Source: Chaetodon trifascialis
Taxonomy: Eukaryota
Direction of reading: 5' to 3'
DNA: 64,000 nt
Assembly (NCBI RefSeq): GCF_039877785.1
Contig: NC_092066.1
Location: forward strand, 5,315,152-5,379,151
The notes under the pieces are model-generated. The model did not search any database. It saw only the letters and a list, made by a program, of their open reading frames with translations, and had not been told where the DNA came from. Positions 46,101 through 57,087 of this stretch are shown in pieces. The translations under genes were made by a program, and so were the position numbers. The first letter of the stretch is position 1. Each line of letters starts with the position of its first letter.

Positions 46101-47213
46101 GCTGAGTTTTGTAATAATTGTAAGTTATACAGTTGTTCACTCGCAAGCCTGTAATTAAAACCGCCAAGCTAGTTGAGCGCAGAGTGTTGGAGTAATTAGC
46201 AAATAAGATTATTAGCTAGTCACAGAGAGAGCCAAAAAAGGAGAAAATGGTCTTAATTAGAGTCTTAATTAGACAACAGTCCGAAGACAGGGAGGAGATT
46301 TACCCGCTCTTTTTCACGGAGCTGGTATGAGAAGACGTCTTGGCTAAGTGGATACAGTGAGGCAGGTGCTTTATTTTGCTTCCCTTGCCTGCTTTTCCAA
46401 ACCAAGGGAACTGATCAAAATATTTAATGTTTGCTTAGAGAAGCACTTTTGGCTTAAAGCCTAATGGTTTCAGTTATTTTCTTTAGACAAAGTGACAATT
46501 TTTTGTTGCTTTGATAGTCTTAAATATGAGGATTTGCTGTGTTTTCATTGTCATTTAAGGTTGTTAATATAAATGTTAGCTAACAGAAGCACTTTGGGCT
46601 TTAAGCCAAGGTTTGATTGTTTTTTTTAAACAAAATGTGTTTGTTGGTTTCATCATGTGTATGTATTTGCTGTTTTTGTTTGTTTGTTTTTTAAATTTGA
46701 GTATGGAAATATAAATATGTTGTTCCAAACAATTAGCTAGACAGAAGAAGCACTTGGTACTCTTGGAAGCTGTGAAAATGAATTGTTTCTCTTTTTACTT
46801 TGGAAGTAAAAAATAAATTTATACATTCTTGGTTTGTTTAATGATGGAAAAGGAGATTTTGTGTGTACCAATTATATCTTATCTGGAGCAAAACATATCA
46901 AACACTGGGGAGATAAATTCAAATTCACTAACTGGTAACATTCACCTGCATTTAACTGTTTATTTGACTCAGCAGTAGTGCTTACATGTACCCTAGTAGT
47001 GATACATAGTAATAGCACATCAAATGGTTGTAAACATAATATACATTAATTCTTGTGGTCCGGCATTGCTGACAATTTACGACGATATTAAACCAAGAAA
47101 ATAGCAAATCCTCACATTGGAGAAGCTGGAAGCAGAAACGTTTTAGCACTTTTGCACAAGAAAGTGTGTAAAACATGAGCGAGTGGGAAACATATTTATC
47201 TCTCTCCATACAG

Positions 47214-47401
47214 GCCGCTCTTGCAGACGCGCTCAGGACTGAAGTTAAATCCAAGACAAACCTCGTCTGTGATGTCATCTCTTACTCTACAGCTGCCAGC
47301 CAATCAGCACGCTCTGTGGAAAACCTGCTTCGATGCCTTGTTCAGTGGCTGAGGAAGATGAAAGATACTGAGGAGGAATCGCCTCTTCCCCATTCTTACA
47401 A
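47214..47401 (+). CDS. tep1: TEP1 exon 23, NACHT
   Basis: Acceptor ccatacag|. Peptide AALADALRTEVKSKTNLVCDVISYSTAASQSARSVENLLRCLVQWLRKMKD..PHSY. Donor AA|gtagcg (weak). Confidence 0.65.
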
Positions 47402-47507
47402 GTAGCGTTTGAGTTTGAATCCTTACAGTGGTTCAGATTTACAGGAACGTCATTTTATCTGTACACTCAGTCGTGATTCCCTTTCCTGTAATTACTTGTG
47501 ATCACAG

Positions 47508-47646
47508 AGATTTGCTGTTAGAGTTTCACTCCAGTTTGAGCGACGTGAAGAAAAAGCCTCTGGTGCTGCTGGTTGATGGGGTAGATCTTGTCCAAGATGG
47601 CAGAGGTCAGCTCAGCTGTGACTGGATACCAGAGCAGCTTCCACAG
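47508..47646 (+). CDS. tep1: TEP1 exon 24, NACHT Walker B-like hhhhDGxD
   Basis: Acceptor gatcacag|. Peptide KDLLLEFHSSLSDVKKKPLVLLVDGVDLVQDGRGQLSCDWIPEQLPQ matches human VLIIDGADRLVDQNGQLISDWIPKKLP. Donor CAG|gtgagt. Confidence 0.8.
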
Positions 47647-47809
47647 GTGAGTTACCTGCATAGAAAACTGAGGGAAAACACACCTGAGGTGAGGTCCACA
47701 GCATGGTTTGGATGCAGGACAAAAATTTGGTTAAAATTTTGTGTATTACGGTTGAATTTTTAGGGATTTCTCTGCAACAGTAAAACTGAGATTCTCTTTT
47801 TCTTGCCAG

Positions 47810-47989
47810 GGTGTTTGTTTGGTATTGAGCGTCACATCCAAAGCACCGCTGTTACAAACCTTGGCCAAGAAGAGGAGCACTGTCCTGTTTTCCCTGGGAC
47901 AGCTCACCATGCTGGACCGGAAGGAGATAGTTCAGAAGGGACTCGACGAGTTTGGGAAGAAACTCAGCGACTCTGCGTTCAACAACCAG
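47810..47989 (+). CDS. tep1: TEP1 exon 25 (first exon inside the duplicated segment)
   Basis: Acceptor tcttgccag|. Peptide GVCLVLSVTSKAPLLQTLAKKRSTVLFSLGQLTMLDRKEIVQKGLDEFGKKLSDSAFNNQ. Donor CAG|gttctt. Colinear with copy A 73-252. Confidence 0.75.
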
Positions 47990-48074
47990 GTTCTTCTTAT
48001 TTGTGTTTTGCTCTGTATTCATCACGGTGTTGAATTCGTCTTTTATCCTAAAACTATACTGTCTGCTTCTCCAG

Positions 48075-48167
48075 CTCCAGACGCTGATAATGAATAAGGG
48101 AGCAGTGAGTCCTCTGTACCTGCACCTGGCCTGTGAGGACCTGAGGAACTTCGCAACCTTTGACAAG
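48075..48167 (+). CDS. tep1: TEP1 exon 26
   Basis: Acceptor ttctccag|. Peptide LQTLIMNKGAVSPLYLHLACEDLRNFATFDK matches human RPLYLRLVTDHLRLF. Donor AAG|gtttaa. Colinear with copy A 338-430. Confidence 0.75.
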
Positions 48168-48662
48168 GTTTAATATCACTTTTTCCAGTCACTTCCACAA
48201 TGATGGTGGTTTTTCCAGTGTCAGCTGCAGCAGTGCTTTGTGTTGGGTGGATGCTGACAAGGATCCATGCTCATATTAGCATGTTAACACACTCATGATG
48301 ATGATAGCATAGCCCAGTTAATTAGAAAATGATTGCATTCTGTTACACAGCGTCCCAACGTTTTTTGAGTCAGGGTTGTATGATGATGTTTAGCAGGTAT
48401 AGCCTGTTAGCATGCTGACATTACCCATTTAGGACTATACGCAAAGCATAGCTGAGGCTGATGGGAATGCCTCAGTTTTGCAGGTGTTTGATCACAAACC
48501 AAACTATTGGACACATTTTGACAAAAAAGATGCTGGCAAATGGTGCTAATCTTGATCATTTCATTGAAATATTTGACCACCCTGCTGCCAGTTTAACTGG
48601 TGCATGCACATGACTATCAACATCTTGATAGAAGCAAGGATTTTAATGTCCTCTTGTCTTAG

Positions 48663-48798
48663 TTGAAGGAGAGCCTCCAGGAGCTGCCTCATTCTCTGGG
48701 CCAGTTGGTGCAATACAGCCTGAACAAACTCTGCTCACAGTACAGAGGTATGCTGGGACTCCGCTGGGCCCTGGCAGCACTCACTGTCAGCACCACGG
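48663..48798 (+). CDS. tep1: TEP1 exon 27
   Basis: Peptide LKESLQELPHSLGQLVQYSLNKLCSQYRGMLGLRWALAALTVSTT. Donor G|gtaaga. Colinear with copy A 933-1068. Confidence 0.7.
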
Positions 48799-48952
48799 GT
48801 AAGAGGTTTTATATAAGTTTTAGCATTGTTGTTAAATTTTCTAAAGGGCTAGATATGGTAAATATACAGCTAATGCAACACAGAGGGGAAAGGGATGTTA
48901 TCAAACGACATCGTCTTCGGTCGTCTCAATATTCTCTCCTCTTGGTCGACAG

Positions 48953-49112
48953 GCATGCGGGAGAGAGACTTGTACTCTGTACTGAACACGTGCAGTGACC
49001 TCTCCTCAAGGGACGCTCAGGTCACATGGCAGGAAGTACTGTGTCTGTCCAGGAAGCCAGAAGCACGCATTCCCATGGCAGCTTTCACTCGTATAGTTCA
49101 GAGTTTAAAAAG
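48953..49112 (+). CDS. tep1: TEP1 exon 28
   Basis: Acceptor ggtcgacag|. Peptide GMRERDLYSVLNTCSDLSSRDAQVTWQEVLCLSRKPEARIPMAAFTRIVQSLK. Donor AG|gtattg. Confidence 0.7.
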
Positions 49113-49346
49113 GTATTGAAATTGGAAAAATCCCAGTATTGTTGCACCTAGATGAATACACTTAATCCTCAATATTTGACCATTTTGACCAAAAGGCTCC
49201 ATACTGATGGTGTGCTTTTAGATTTCCTCCATGTTTGAAGGATACACAGTATGGAGAAAACATCCTGTTTAGATTTAATGTAAAATTATGGACAATAATC
49301 CTAAAGGAGGAAGTGTTATTTAACCTAATTGGATCCTTTTCTGCAG

Positions 49347-49480
49347 CCTGATTGGTCTGTCTCATTGCCACAACACTGACGACTTACTAGTTCTAACCAA
49401 TCCAGAGGTGAGGAAGGCCTTTGAGGACTTCCTCCTTCCAACAGAAAGTGACAGAACCAGAGCTCACCTTGTACTGGCAG
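49347..49480 (+). CDS. tep1: TEP1 exon 29
   Basis: Acceptor ttctgcag|. Peptide SLIGLSHCHNTDDLLVLTNPEVRKAFEDFLLPTESDRTRAHLVLA. Donor G|gtaaag. Confidence 0.7.
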
Positions 49481-49576
49481 GTAAAGTACACACAGTCTCT
49501 TTCAATACAACCTAAGTAAGTCTTGGTCACCGTATATATATTTTAACTAGTATCACTGTGCTGTCTCTTCATATAG

Positions 49577-49665
49577 CTCATCTGTGGGCCCTTGCTGACC
49601 AGCGGGGCACAGATACCTTCCTTCACTGTGAGGCCAACTCTGTCAAGCACCTTCCCTCCAACCTG
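49577..49665 (+). CDS. tep1: TEP1 exon 30
   Basis: Acceptor catatag|. Peptide AHLWALADQRGTDTFLHCEANSVKHLPSNL. Donor CTG|gtcagt. Confidence 0.65.
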
Positions 49666-50164
49666 GTCAGTTATCTCCCGTCATCGCACATCATATAAAA
49701 GCGGCACAAAATGAGCAACAGTACTTTGTTACTTTGAGGTACAAAGTATATAAATTCACCAATAAACTCTCATTTGTCAGTTCTTAAAAAACTTTGCAAT
49801 AGAGAAGCAATCAGCTGCACACTGACCTTCACGTGTACTCGCTTTATTTAATCAAAGGTTCAGTTTCCTCGGCCTTCATCAGGTACGACTCCACTGAAGT
49901 TTTAATTAAATCTCGCCTACCTACTCTCACTTTCTGGTTCCTTATCATGTCCTACACATCCGTCATCACAGACAGAATTGGAAAATTTTCCTTTCAATAT
50001 AATCACATTAAAACATGTTTGTCAAGCTCTTGAATGTGTTTGAATATTGCTTAGTGCCATATGAAATGCTTCTCTTACATCCTCGTTGAAGGAATCCTCC
50101 AGAGAACCACAGTTATTCATGATGTTTACTTTAGACTTCAACTCCTTTATTTGGCTTTGTTCAG

Positions 50165-50279
50165 AGTCAGAGTGGCCAACAGGAGGCGCTTCAGTCCCTG
50201 CTCTCCAACTACTACTTCCTGTATGCTAATGTGCGCCACGGCCTCCTGCACCAGCTCCTGGAGACCTACAGCTTGTATG
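50165..50279 (+). CDS. tep1: TEP1 exon 31
   Basis: Acceptor tttgttcag|. Peptide SQSGQQEALQSLLSNYYFLYANVRHGLLHQLLETYSLY. Donor G|gtgagc. Confidence 0.7.
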
Positions 50280-50413
50280 GTGAGCATGCACAACAATAGC
50301 TTGTCATTGTTTAGATGGTTCTTCCTTTAATCCTTCACATGTTTCCTCTCAAACAAATTCCCACAAACTGTGTTTTATTCCTTCTTCATACACCTTTCTC
50401 CTTGTGCTCTCAG

Positions 50414-50624
50414 TTGGCTTCCATGCTGATCTCAAGGACTGCCAGAGTTTCCTGCAGCGTCACGCTCTCCTGCTCTCTTCCTGGCCGGTTCTTTTCATTC
50501 AGCAAGCCCTCAACGAGCCTCCTTGGACCTCTGCTCACACCTGGGCACAAGACCTGGTGGCAGAAGGAGAGGCTCGGGTAGTTGAAGTGCGAAACACTTA
50601 CAATCAGCCCCTTCAGGAGACCAG
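50414..50624 (+). CDS. tep1: TEP1 exon 32
   Basis: Acceptor tgctctcag|. Peptide VGFHADLKDCQSFLQRHALLLSSWPVLFIQQALNEPPWTSAHTWAQDLVAEGEARVVEV.NTYNQPLQET. Donor AG|gtaagc. Confidence 0.7.
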
Positions 50625-50792
50625 GTAAGCAGGTTGTCTGCAAAGTGGTTTAGAAGAAGTGTGTTAGAAGTTCTTCCCAAATCCACTCTTTGGGACTGAG
50701 GCTGACTTTGGAGAGCCTTATTTATTTTTTGCCTTTTTATCTTAATATTGGTAGATAGTAACGTGTTAATGGCCTTGTGTGTTTCGTTGCAG

Positions 50793-50913
50793 CAAGCTGG
50801 TGTCGACCTTCACCTCTGAGCCGACCTGTTTGGTTGTGAGCTTGGATGAAAAGCTGATGGTGGTTGGCACTGGACAGGGAACACTGTATTTCATCAACAT
50901 GCAGACTGGACAG
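50793..50913 (+). CDS. tep1: TEP1 exon 33, first WD40 repeat
   Basis: Acceptor cgttgcag|. Peptide SKLVSTFTSEPTCLVVSLDEKLMVVGTGQGTLYFINMQTGQ. Donor CAG|gtatgc. Confidence 0.75.
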
Positions 50914-51249
50914 GTATGCACAAATTTTCCAGCATATATGTACTTTTCTTCTCGTTGTGTCACACAGAAAATCTGCGACATGTTTACTGTACACAGACCG
51001 TAGTGACCGTTTGTAAATGCAGCAGCTCGGTAATCAGAGTGCTCCTCTACCCCGACCTCATGTTTCCTTCTGTGCTGCAGCACTGCGCTCACAGCCATAC
51101 TTTCCTTGTCTAGTCTTTTTTTCTGCACATGCACACTCATAGAAAACAGAATAGAAACCAGGATTTAAGTCTACACAACGTTCAAATTACTCTTCAGTTT
51201 TGACATTGGAAAAAAAGTCTAATATCAACGCTCTTGTGGCTGTGAACAG

Positions 51250-51374
51250 GAAGTGAAATCGCTGGTGAGCAGCTGTGACGGCATCTCGAGCGGTGTCTTT
51301 CTTAAGGATGGACATCTTGCTACCACCTCCTTTGATGGACGGATAGAGATCTGGGACATCGAGAATGGCTGCAG
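51250..51374 (+). CDS. tep1: TEP1 exon 34, WD40
   Basis: Acceptor gtgaacag|. Peptide EVKSLVSSCDGISSGVFLKDGHLATTSFDGRIEIWDIENGC matches human EEKSVVSGCDGISACLFLSDDTLFLTAFDGLLELWDLQHGC. Donor AG|gtcaga. Confidence 0.8.
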
Positions 51375-51488
51375 GTCAGAGGAGGGTTGGAGGGACACTT
51401 CACAAAATGCCTCAGAGTGTACAAATCTTCAGATTTCTCAGATGTAGCACAAATTAATGATGTTTGAATTCACTTGTGCTCCTTGCAG

Positions 51489-51588
51489 GACTGCTGTTAT
51501 TGATGCCCACACCAATGCGATAACAGCGAGTGATATCACGTCAGACAGGAAGCACCTTGCCACTGTGTCTTTAGACTCCATGCTGAAA
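51489..51588 (+). CDS. tep1: TEP1 exon 35, WD40
   Basis: Acceptor ccttgcag|. Peptide TAVIDAHTNAITASDITSDRKHLATVSLDSMLK. Donor AAA|gttagt. Confidence 0.75.
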
Positions 51589-51825
51589 GTTAGTCGTTGT
51601 GTGCAGAATTGTTTCCTGATGCTTGAGTTTCTGCCTTTTCTTGCTCCTTTTATTCTGTGGGATTTTAAATAATTTTTTCGCCCAGGAAGAGTCGGAACTA
51701 CATTTTTGCAGTTATTGAGGATCTGAATATACATTGCTATAAATTTTGCAGCTGTTATTCAGTTGTACACATCACTGAAACAGTCAACTCGTGCTGACCA
51801 AATCGTGCTGATCTTCTGCTGTCAG

Positions 51826-51981
51826 GTGTGGTCCTCGGCTAAAGGGCACGAGGTCGCGGCCCTGCCCAGCTCCAGCCCTTTGAACTGTGTGACCTTTCAC
51901 CCCGAGGATCACCTGCTGGCTGTTGGTTGCTGGAACGGGAACGTGATCGTGTGGAACTGGCTCCAGAATGAAACTCTTCCG
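51826..51981 (+). CDS. tep1: TEP1 exon 36, WD40
   Basis: Acceptor tgctgtcag|. Peptide VWSSAKGHEVAALPSSSPLNCVTFHPEDHLLAVGCWNGNVIVWNWLQNETLP. Donor CCG|gtgagt. Confidence 0.8.
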
Positions 51982-52294
51982 GTGAGTTATTGTGAGGAGA
52001 GGCCAAAGACGCACAGGAATAGGGAGCTAAAGTCAGCTTCATGTTCACTCTTTCAAAATAAAAGTAATAATTCTGACACTGTAAAGGATGAAAAGCCAGA
52101 CCTGTGCAGCCCACTCCTCATCTTTACATGAGGCTAGCAGCTCAAGGCTACATTAGCCACCACTGGCATAACACACCTGAATGTTGAGCTGAATTTTGGT
52201 GGTTGAGTTGCATTGTGGGTAATGTTTGCAGCCAGGTTTTGACAGGTTTTATTTAAAAATACAACCACCATTTCTCCTTTGTCTGTTCCGCCAG

Positions 52295-52510
52295 CCTCTG
52301 TTGGGTCACCAGAGCTCAGTGCGCAGTCTCTCCTTCTCCACCTCCTCCTCCTCCATGCTCTGCTCTGGTTCTGTGACTGGAGAGGTCAGGGTGTGGTCGG
52401 TGCCCACCTCCACCTGTGTGGGATGTTTCCAGGCTCACTCTGGAGCCACCGAGGCCCTCACCTTCCTGAAAGAAGGCAGCATGCTGCTAAGCGCCGGCTC
52501 CGATCACACG
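52295..52510 (+). CDS. tep1: TEP1 exon 37, WD40
   Basis: Acceptor ttccgccag|. Peptide PLLGHQSSVRSLSFSTSSSSMLCSGSVTGEVRVWSVPTSTCVGCFQAHSGATEALTFLKEGSMLLSAGSDHT. Donor ACG|gtgagg. One Ser codon fewer than copy A. Confidence 0.75.
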
Positions 52511-52672
52511 GTGAGGCATCGCTGCCTGTATACAATGAGCCAGGATCTGAGAAATTAAACTTAGCTCCACGGGCCAGAGTGGCTGGATTATGATAATATA
52601 ATTACTGCACATTTACTGCTTTACTCACCTAATTATTACTAATTATCATTTTCTTGTCCTTCTGTAAAACAG

Positions 52673-52729
52673 CTCCAGCTGTGGTCGGCGGGACTTGGAC
52701 GTTTGGTCTCCACATTAACAAGTGATGAA
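52673..52729 (+). CDS. tep1: TEP1 exon 38
   Basis: Acceptor gtaaaacag|. Peptide LQLWSAGLGRLVSTLTSDE. Donor GAA|gtaagc. Confidence 0.7.
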
Positions 52730-52756
52730 GTAAGCTCCTTATTTATCTTGTGTATA

Positions 52757-55210
52757 AATGTTACCTTCAAGCTGCTCAGCTTATCTTCATCATGTCCTGC
52801 TGTTTTTTTGTGTGTTTTTTTTGTTTTTGTTTTTTTTTAAAACATATCTTTATTTATTTTTTGTGTTCAAACAACAACAAACACTTTGAACATATGGCAG
52901 TAATGAAAGTAATAAGAGAAAAAAAAATACTAATACAGTTGAAATAAATAATTTTTTTTAAAAAGGAAGAATAAATTACATCAAGGAATTAGTGAAATTA
53001 CTGAGCAACAGGTAAATACAAGGAAGGAATAGAAGGGAGAAAAATAAAAATAAAAAGCACACTCTTGTCAGTACCTTAAATGTTATGTATTTCCCATTGC
53101 CACATCTGTATCTCCAACTTCCAACAGTTCTAGAAACAACTTCCAGATGTCATAAAATTCAGAAGGCTTCTTTCTGACAATATAGGTCAGCTTCTCAAGA
53201 GCCAAGCTCGACGTTAAGTTATTCAACCATTGGTTAAAAGAGGGGCAGCTAACATTCTTCCAACATAATGCAATACAGCGTTTGGCCTGCAGTAAACAAT
53301 GGTCAACCATTTTTCTTTCTCTGTGAGATAAAGGACAGTCCTCTGGATAAATGCCTAAAATGCAAAGCTTAGGACATAGAGGTACAGGGGAAGTTGTGAT
53401 TTGAGAGATATATTTTAACACAGAGCTCCAAAATTTTTGGATTTCTTTACATTTCCATAAACAGTGAAACAATGTACCCTGGTGGTTGTTGCATTTATAA
53501 CAAAGATCAGGTACATTAGAATCAAATTTATTTAATTGTACAGGGGAAATATATGTTCGCATTATCCAGTTAAATTGTACCATTCTCAATCGAGTGTTGA
53601 TGGTTTGAGTATGTGTTTTTAAACATGTACTACTCCATTCACTGAGTGAAATGTCCTGTTCTAAGTCACTTATCCACTCCCATCTCTTACTGTCCAAGTT
53701 GTCATTATGATTTTCAACCAGCATATTATAAAACCGGGAAACCAATTTTTTTCCAAAACAGTCTTTTGTGACGTGTTTCTAAGGTAGATAATGGAGGTTG
53801 TTGTATTGAATTGTTTAAGTGAGACAAAATAAAACTTTGAAGTTGTAAATATTTAAAGAAATGTTTCTGTGGTATATCAAACTTAGTCTTTAACTCACTG
53901 AATGACATTAGAGTACACTCCTCATATACATCCTGCATTCTTATTATACCCTTGTTCAGCCAAGTTTTAAAGCCCATATCGTTCTTTGCCGGGGCAAAGT
54001 GATCGTTACCCCAGATCGGGGCAAAACAGGACAACCTTGGAGAGTCACACAAGAATTTTTGTACTACATGCCAAACCATAATGGTATTTTTTACAAAAGG
54101 ATTAGTAGTATCTTTCTTTAATGTTTTTAAAGATGCTGAGTATAAATAGCTGTTCAGTGATAAACCTTTTGAGGATTGTTTTTCAATTTCTAACCAGGGC
54201 ATGACAACGTCTTTAGAAAACCAGAACATTGTGGCCCTCAACTGTGCAGCCCAATAATACCATTCTAGATTAGGCAGTTGTAGCCCACCCCTATCGTAAG
54301 GTAGATATAAGAGGGAGAGTCTGAGTCTTGGCTTCCTATTGTTCCAGATGAAATTGGAAAGAAGCTTTTGGTCTTGGGGAAAAAAAGAAGGAGGAGGGGC
54401 TAGTGGAATTGATTGAAAAACAAATAGGAATTTAGGTAATATAGTCATCTTTATTATGTTTATTCTTCCCAAAATAGAGAGAGGTAGCGTTGTCCATCTC
54501 GAGATTTCTTCTGACACGCTAAGTAACAAAGGTTCATAATTGGCTGAGCTGAGATTATTAATCTTTGGGGTTATTTTGATGCCCAAGTACTTAAATCCTT
54601 CAGTGGCATTCATAAATGGATGTGATACTAAAGGTTTCTTCCTTTCGTTTTCATTTAAAAACATTATAGATGACTTTTCTTTGTTTACTTTAAACCCGGA
54701 TATATTTCCAAATTGATTGAACAGCTCCAAGAGAGATGGTATCGATTCTGCAAGTTGTGATAAGAATACAATAGTATCATCAGTGTACATCGCTGTATTG
54801 TGTTCTAAATCTCCAATCTTAATACCATGAATTAAGGGATGAGATCTGATCGCTATTGCTAATGGTTCCATGGCTATTACAAAAAGAAGAGGTGAAATTG
54901 GTGACCCCTGCCTAGTGCCCCGAAATAACTCAAAAGGCTGAGAGATGAAATTATTAGTAGATACCATTGCAGAGGAATCAACAAATAAAATTTCGACCCA
55001 ACGACGAAAGTGATCCCCAAATCCAAACCGTCTAAGCACCTCGAGTAGATAGGGCCATTCGACTCGGTCGAACGCCTTTTCGGCGTCAAGTGTTAAAATT
55101 TCAGTGTCCGGGGACTCTTCACATTCATGAATTATGTTAAGAACTCTCCTCACATTGTGGAACCCCTGTCGCTTTTGCACAAAGCCATTCTGGTCTCCAT
55201 GTATATTTGT
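52757..55210 (-). mobile_element. 5'-truncated L1-clade LINE (RT plus Cys-rich C-terminal domain). Specific to copy B.
   Basis: Minus ORF 53726..55246 has LTLDAEKAFDRVEW and MYTDDT. Minus ORF 53083..53745 has YKCNNHQGTLFHCLWKCKEIQKFW. Inserted in the T-rich tract that is uninterrupted in copy A at 11590-11625. Confidence 0.75.
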
Positions 55211-55272
55211 GTGTTTTTTTAACATAAATCTCATATTTCTCTCCAAATCAATTGCTCCACTGGATGTTTCAG

Positions 55273-55411
55273 TACGAGCAGGAGCCTCCTCTGAAGAAAC
55301 GGAGGTCTGTAGCCTCTGAGCCTGCTGCTGCTCTGTGTGTGGCTGTCAATGGAGACTACGTCGCCGTGGGCTACCACGGCAATGGCATCAGACTTTTCAG
55401 TCTTAACCCAG
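55273..55411 (+). CDS. tep1: TEP1 exon 39. It is 42 nt (14 codons) longer than the equivalent copy-A exon.
   Basis: Acceptor tgtttcag|. Peptide YEQEPPLKKRRSVASEPAAALCVAVNGDYVAVGYHGNGIRLFSLNP. Donor G|gtgtgt. Confidence 0.7.
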
Positions 55412-55483
55412 GTGTGTTTTTATGTCTTTCCTCTTCTCTGCATGAGTGTTGTCCAAAATGAAGATAGTGTGCTTTTAATATAG

Positions 55484-55774
55484 ATCTGGTAAACGAGCGT
55501 AACAGTCTTCATTTGATTGTAGTTGAGGAGATTTGGGCCTCCGAGGACCTGGACGTGTCTACGCTGAGCCTGCTGTGGCTCGTTGAGAATGCAGAGCAGA
55601 CCGAACCAGAGCTGCTGCTGTCTGCAGGAAGTGACAAACGTGTGAGGATCTGGAAGAAGAAAGAAGGAGAGGACGGAATGCTAGTCGGCCTGGAAATGTT
55701 GGGGCTGTCCAATGTGCAGTCAGGCCCCATCCTGGCATTGGCACAAAACTCCACATACCTGGCTACAGCTACAG
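55484..55774 (+). CDS. tep1: TEP1 exon 40, WD40
   Basis: Acceptor ttaatatag| (alternative acceptor after gattgtag| is 48 nt downstream). Peptide DLVNERNSLHLIVVEEIWASEDLDVSTLSLLWLVENAEQTEPELLLSAGSDKRVRIWKKKEGEDG..LATAT. Donor G|gtgagt. Confidence 0.6.
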
Positions 55775-55910
55775 GTGAGTGTTCCAGATGGTAAATTTAA
55801 AATACGACTTTCAAAGGCAACATACTTATGTTTCTGAGGGAGAAGCTGTTTTTTTCAGCCTCCTCTTCTGAAAATGTAACACTTTCTGCTTGTAACTCTT
55901 TGGTATTCAC

Positions 55911-56903
55911 CTGTCAAAAATATTGCGTTATCTCGCACTGTCATATATGCTCTGTAATGTTGTCAAGGAATGTTCTATGTTTTTCCATGTTTAATAAAAA
56001 TAAAAATACAGTTAAAAAAAAAAAAAATTGCGTTATCAACGCATTAACGCAAATTGATTTCAACATCATTTTTTTTATCGCGAGATTAACGCTCTTTGTG
56101 ACCTAGTGAACTTGTAGTTTTTTATAAGCTGTGGCCACTGCTAGTAACGTAAGAAAAACTACAGGATCCAGTTGTAAACCAGAAACAAAACAATAGGCAC
56201 GTCCCACGCACGTGTTTTGTCTTGCCTGCTCACTCGCTGTGTGGATGTCAAGCGCGAAACGCCGAAATGGATGCGAACAAGATTCTGAATGGAAAGTTTA
56301 GTTTCAAAAAGTTGCCAGATGGGTCGACACACAAGACCAAAGTTATCTGTGTGTATTGTTGGTGTGAACTGAGTTATCACCGCAGCACATCCAGTCTGAA
56401 ATACCACCTGATGGCCAAACGCACGGCGAATGCGAATTCTCCGCCGCCTCCTTGTCAAAACCAGGCGACAATGGATGGCTTTCGACAGAGGCATATGGAT
56501 GCTATTATCTTCAAAGGAGTCCTAGTTTACAATGATGTGCACTTCATAACCTTATCTTGTATCACCCTGTTTTGATCCCTTAGAAAGGGTTGTTGAAGGG
56601 GCTTTTTGTCATCTGTTTGACACTGTTAAATTGTGAGAGATTTTATTCATTCAAATGTGAATGACTGCTCAAAGTGAGAATGTTAGTGTGAAATAAAACA
56701 CTACACGTTGCTGTTTTCAATTAAAAACATTTGCACAAAGCAAGCCGATCCACTTTTCCATGTTGATAACAGTATTAAAATGATAATTCAAGGGACATTT
56801 AGAATAGATGAAAATGTGCGATTAATTTGCGATTAATCGCAAGTTAACTATGACATTCATGAGATTAATCGCGATTAAAAATTGTAATCGATTGACAGCA
56901 CTA
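55911..56903 (+). mobile_element. Non-autonomous hAT element retaining a BED zinc-finger ORF, with 8-bp TSD GTATTCAC. Specific to copy B.
   Basis: ORF 56222..56575 has ..KVICVYCWCELSYHRSTSSLKYHLMAKRTA.. (C2H2 BED-finger spacing). Subterminal ttaacgc/gcgattaa repeats. Copy A has the empty site ggtattcGctcttctg. Confidence 0.65.
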
Positions 56904-56935
56904 GTATTCACTCTTCTGTATTTCCCTTGAATTAG

Positions 56936-57087
56936 ATGATTGGATGATCTTTCTGTGGCAGCTGAACACGCTGCCCCTCAACCACTCCGTTGACCCTTTT
57001 GAACTCCTTCCGGGCCACAGTGCAGGAGTCACCTGTCTGGCCTTCAGCCCTGATGGTAAAATGCTGCTTTCTGGCGGAAAGGATCAG
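56936..57087 (+). CDS. tep1: TEP1 exon 41, WD40
   Basis: Acceptor tgaattag|. Peptide DDWMIFLWQLNTLPLNHSVDPFELLPGHSAGVTCLAFSPDGKMLLSGGKDQ matches human EDFTVQLW...GHEGPVSCCSFSTDGGSLATGGRDRS. Donor CAG|gtacgg. The true coding frame is not in the supplied ORF track. Confidence 0.65.

Noticed and set aside
56222-56575. BED zinc-finger ORF as a domesticated ZBED host gene
   Set aside because: It lies wholly inside a 993-bp TIR element with an 8-bp TSD that is absent from the paralogous site, so it is a transposon remnant with no sign of domestication.
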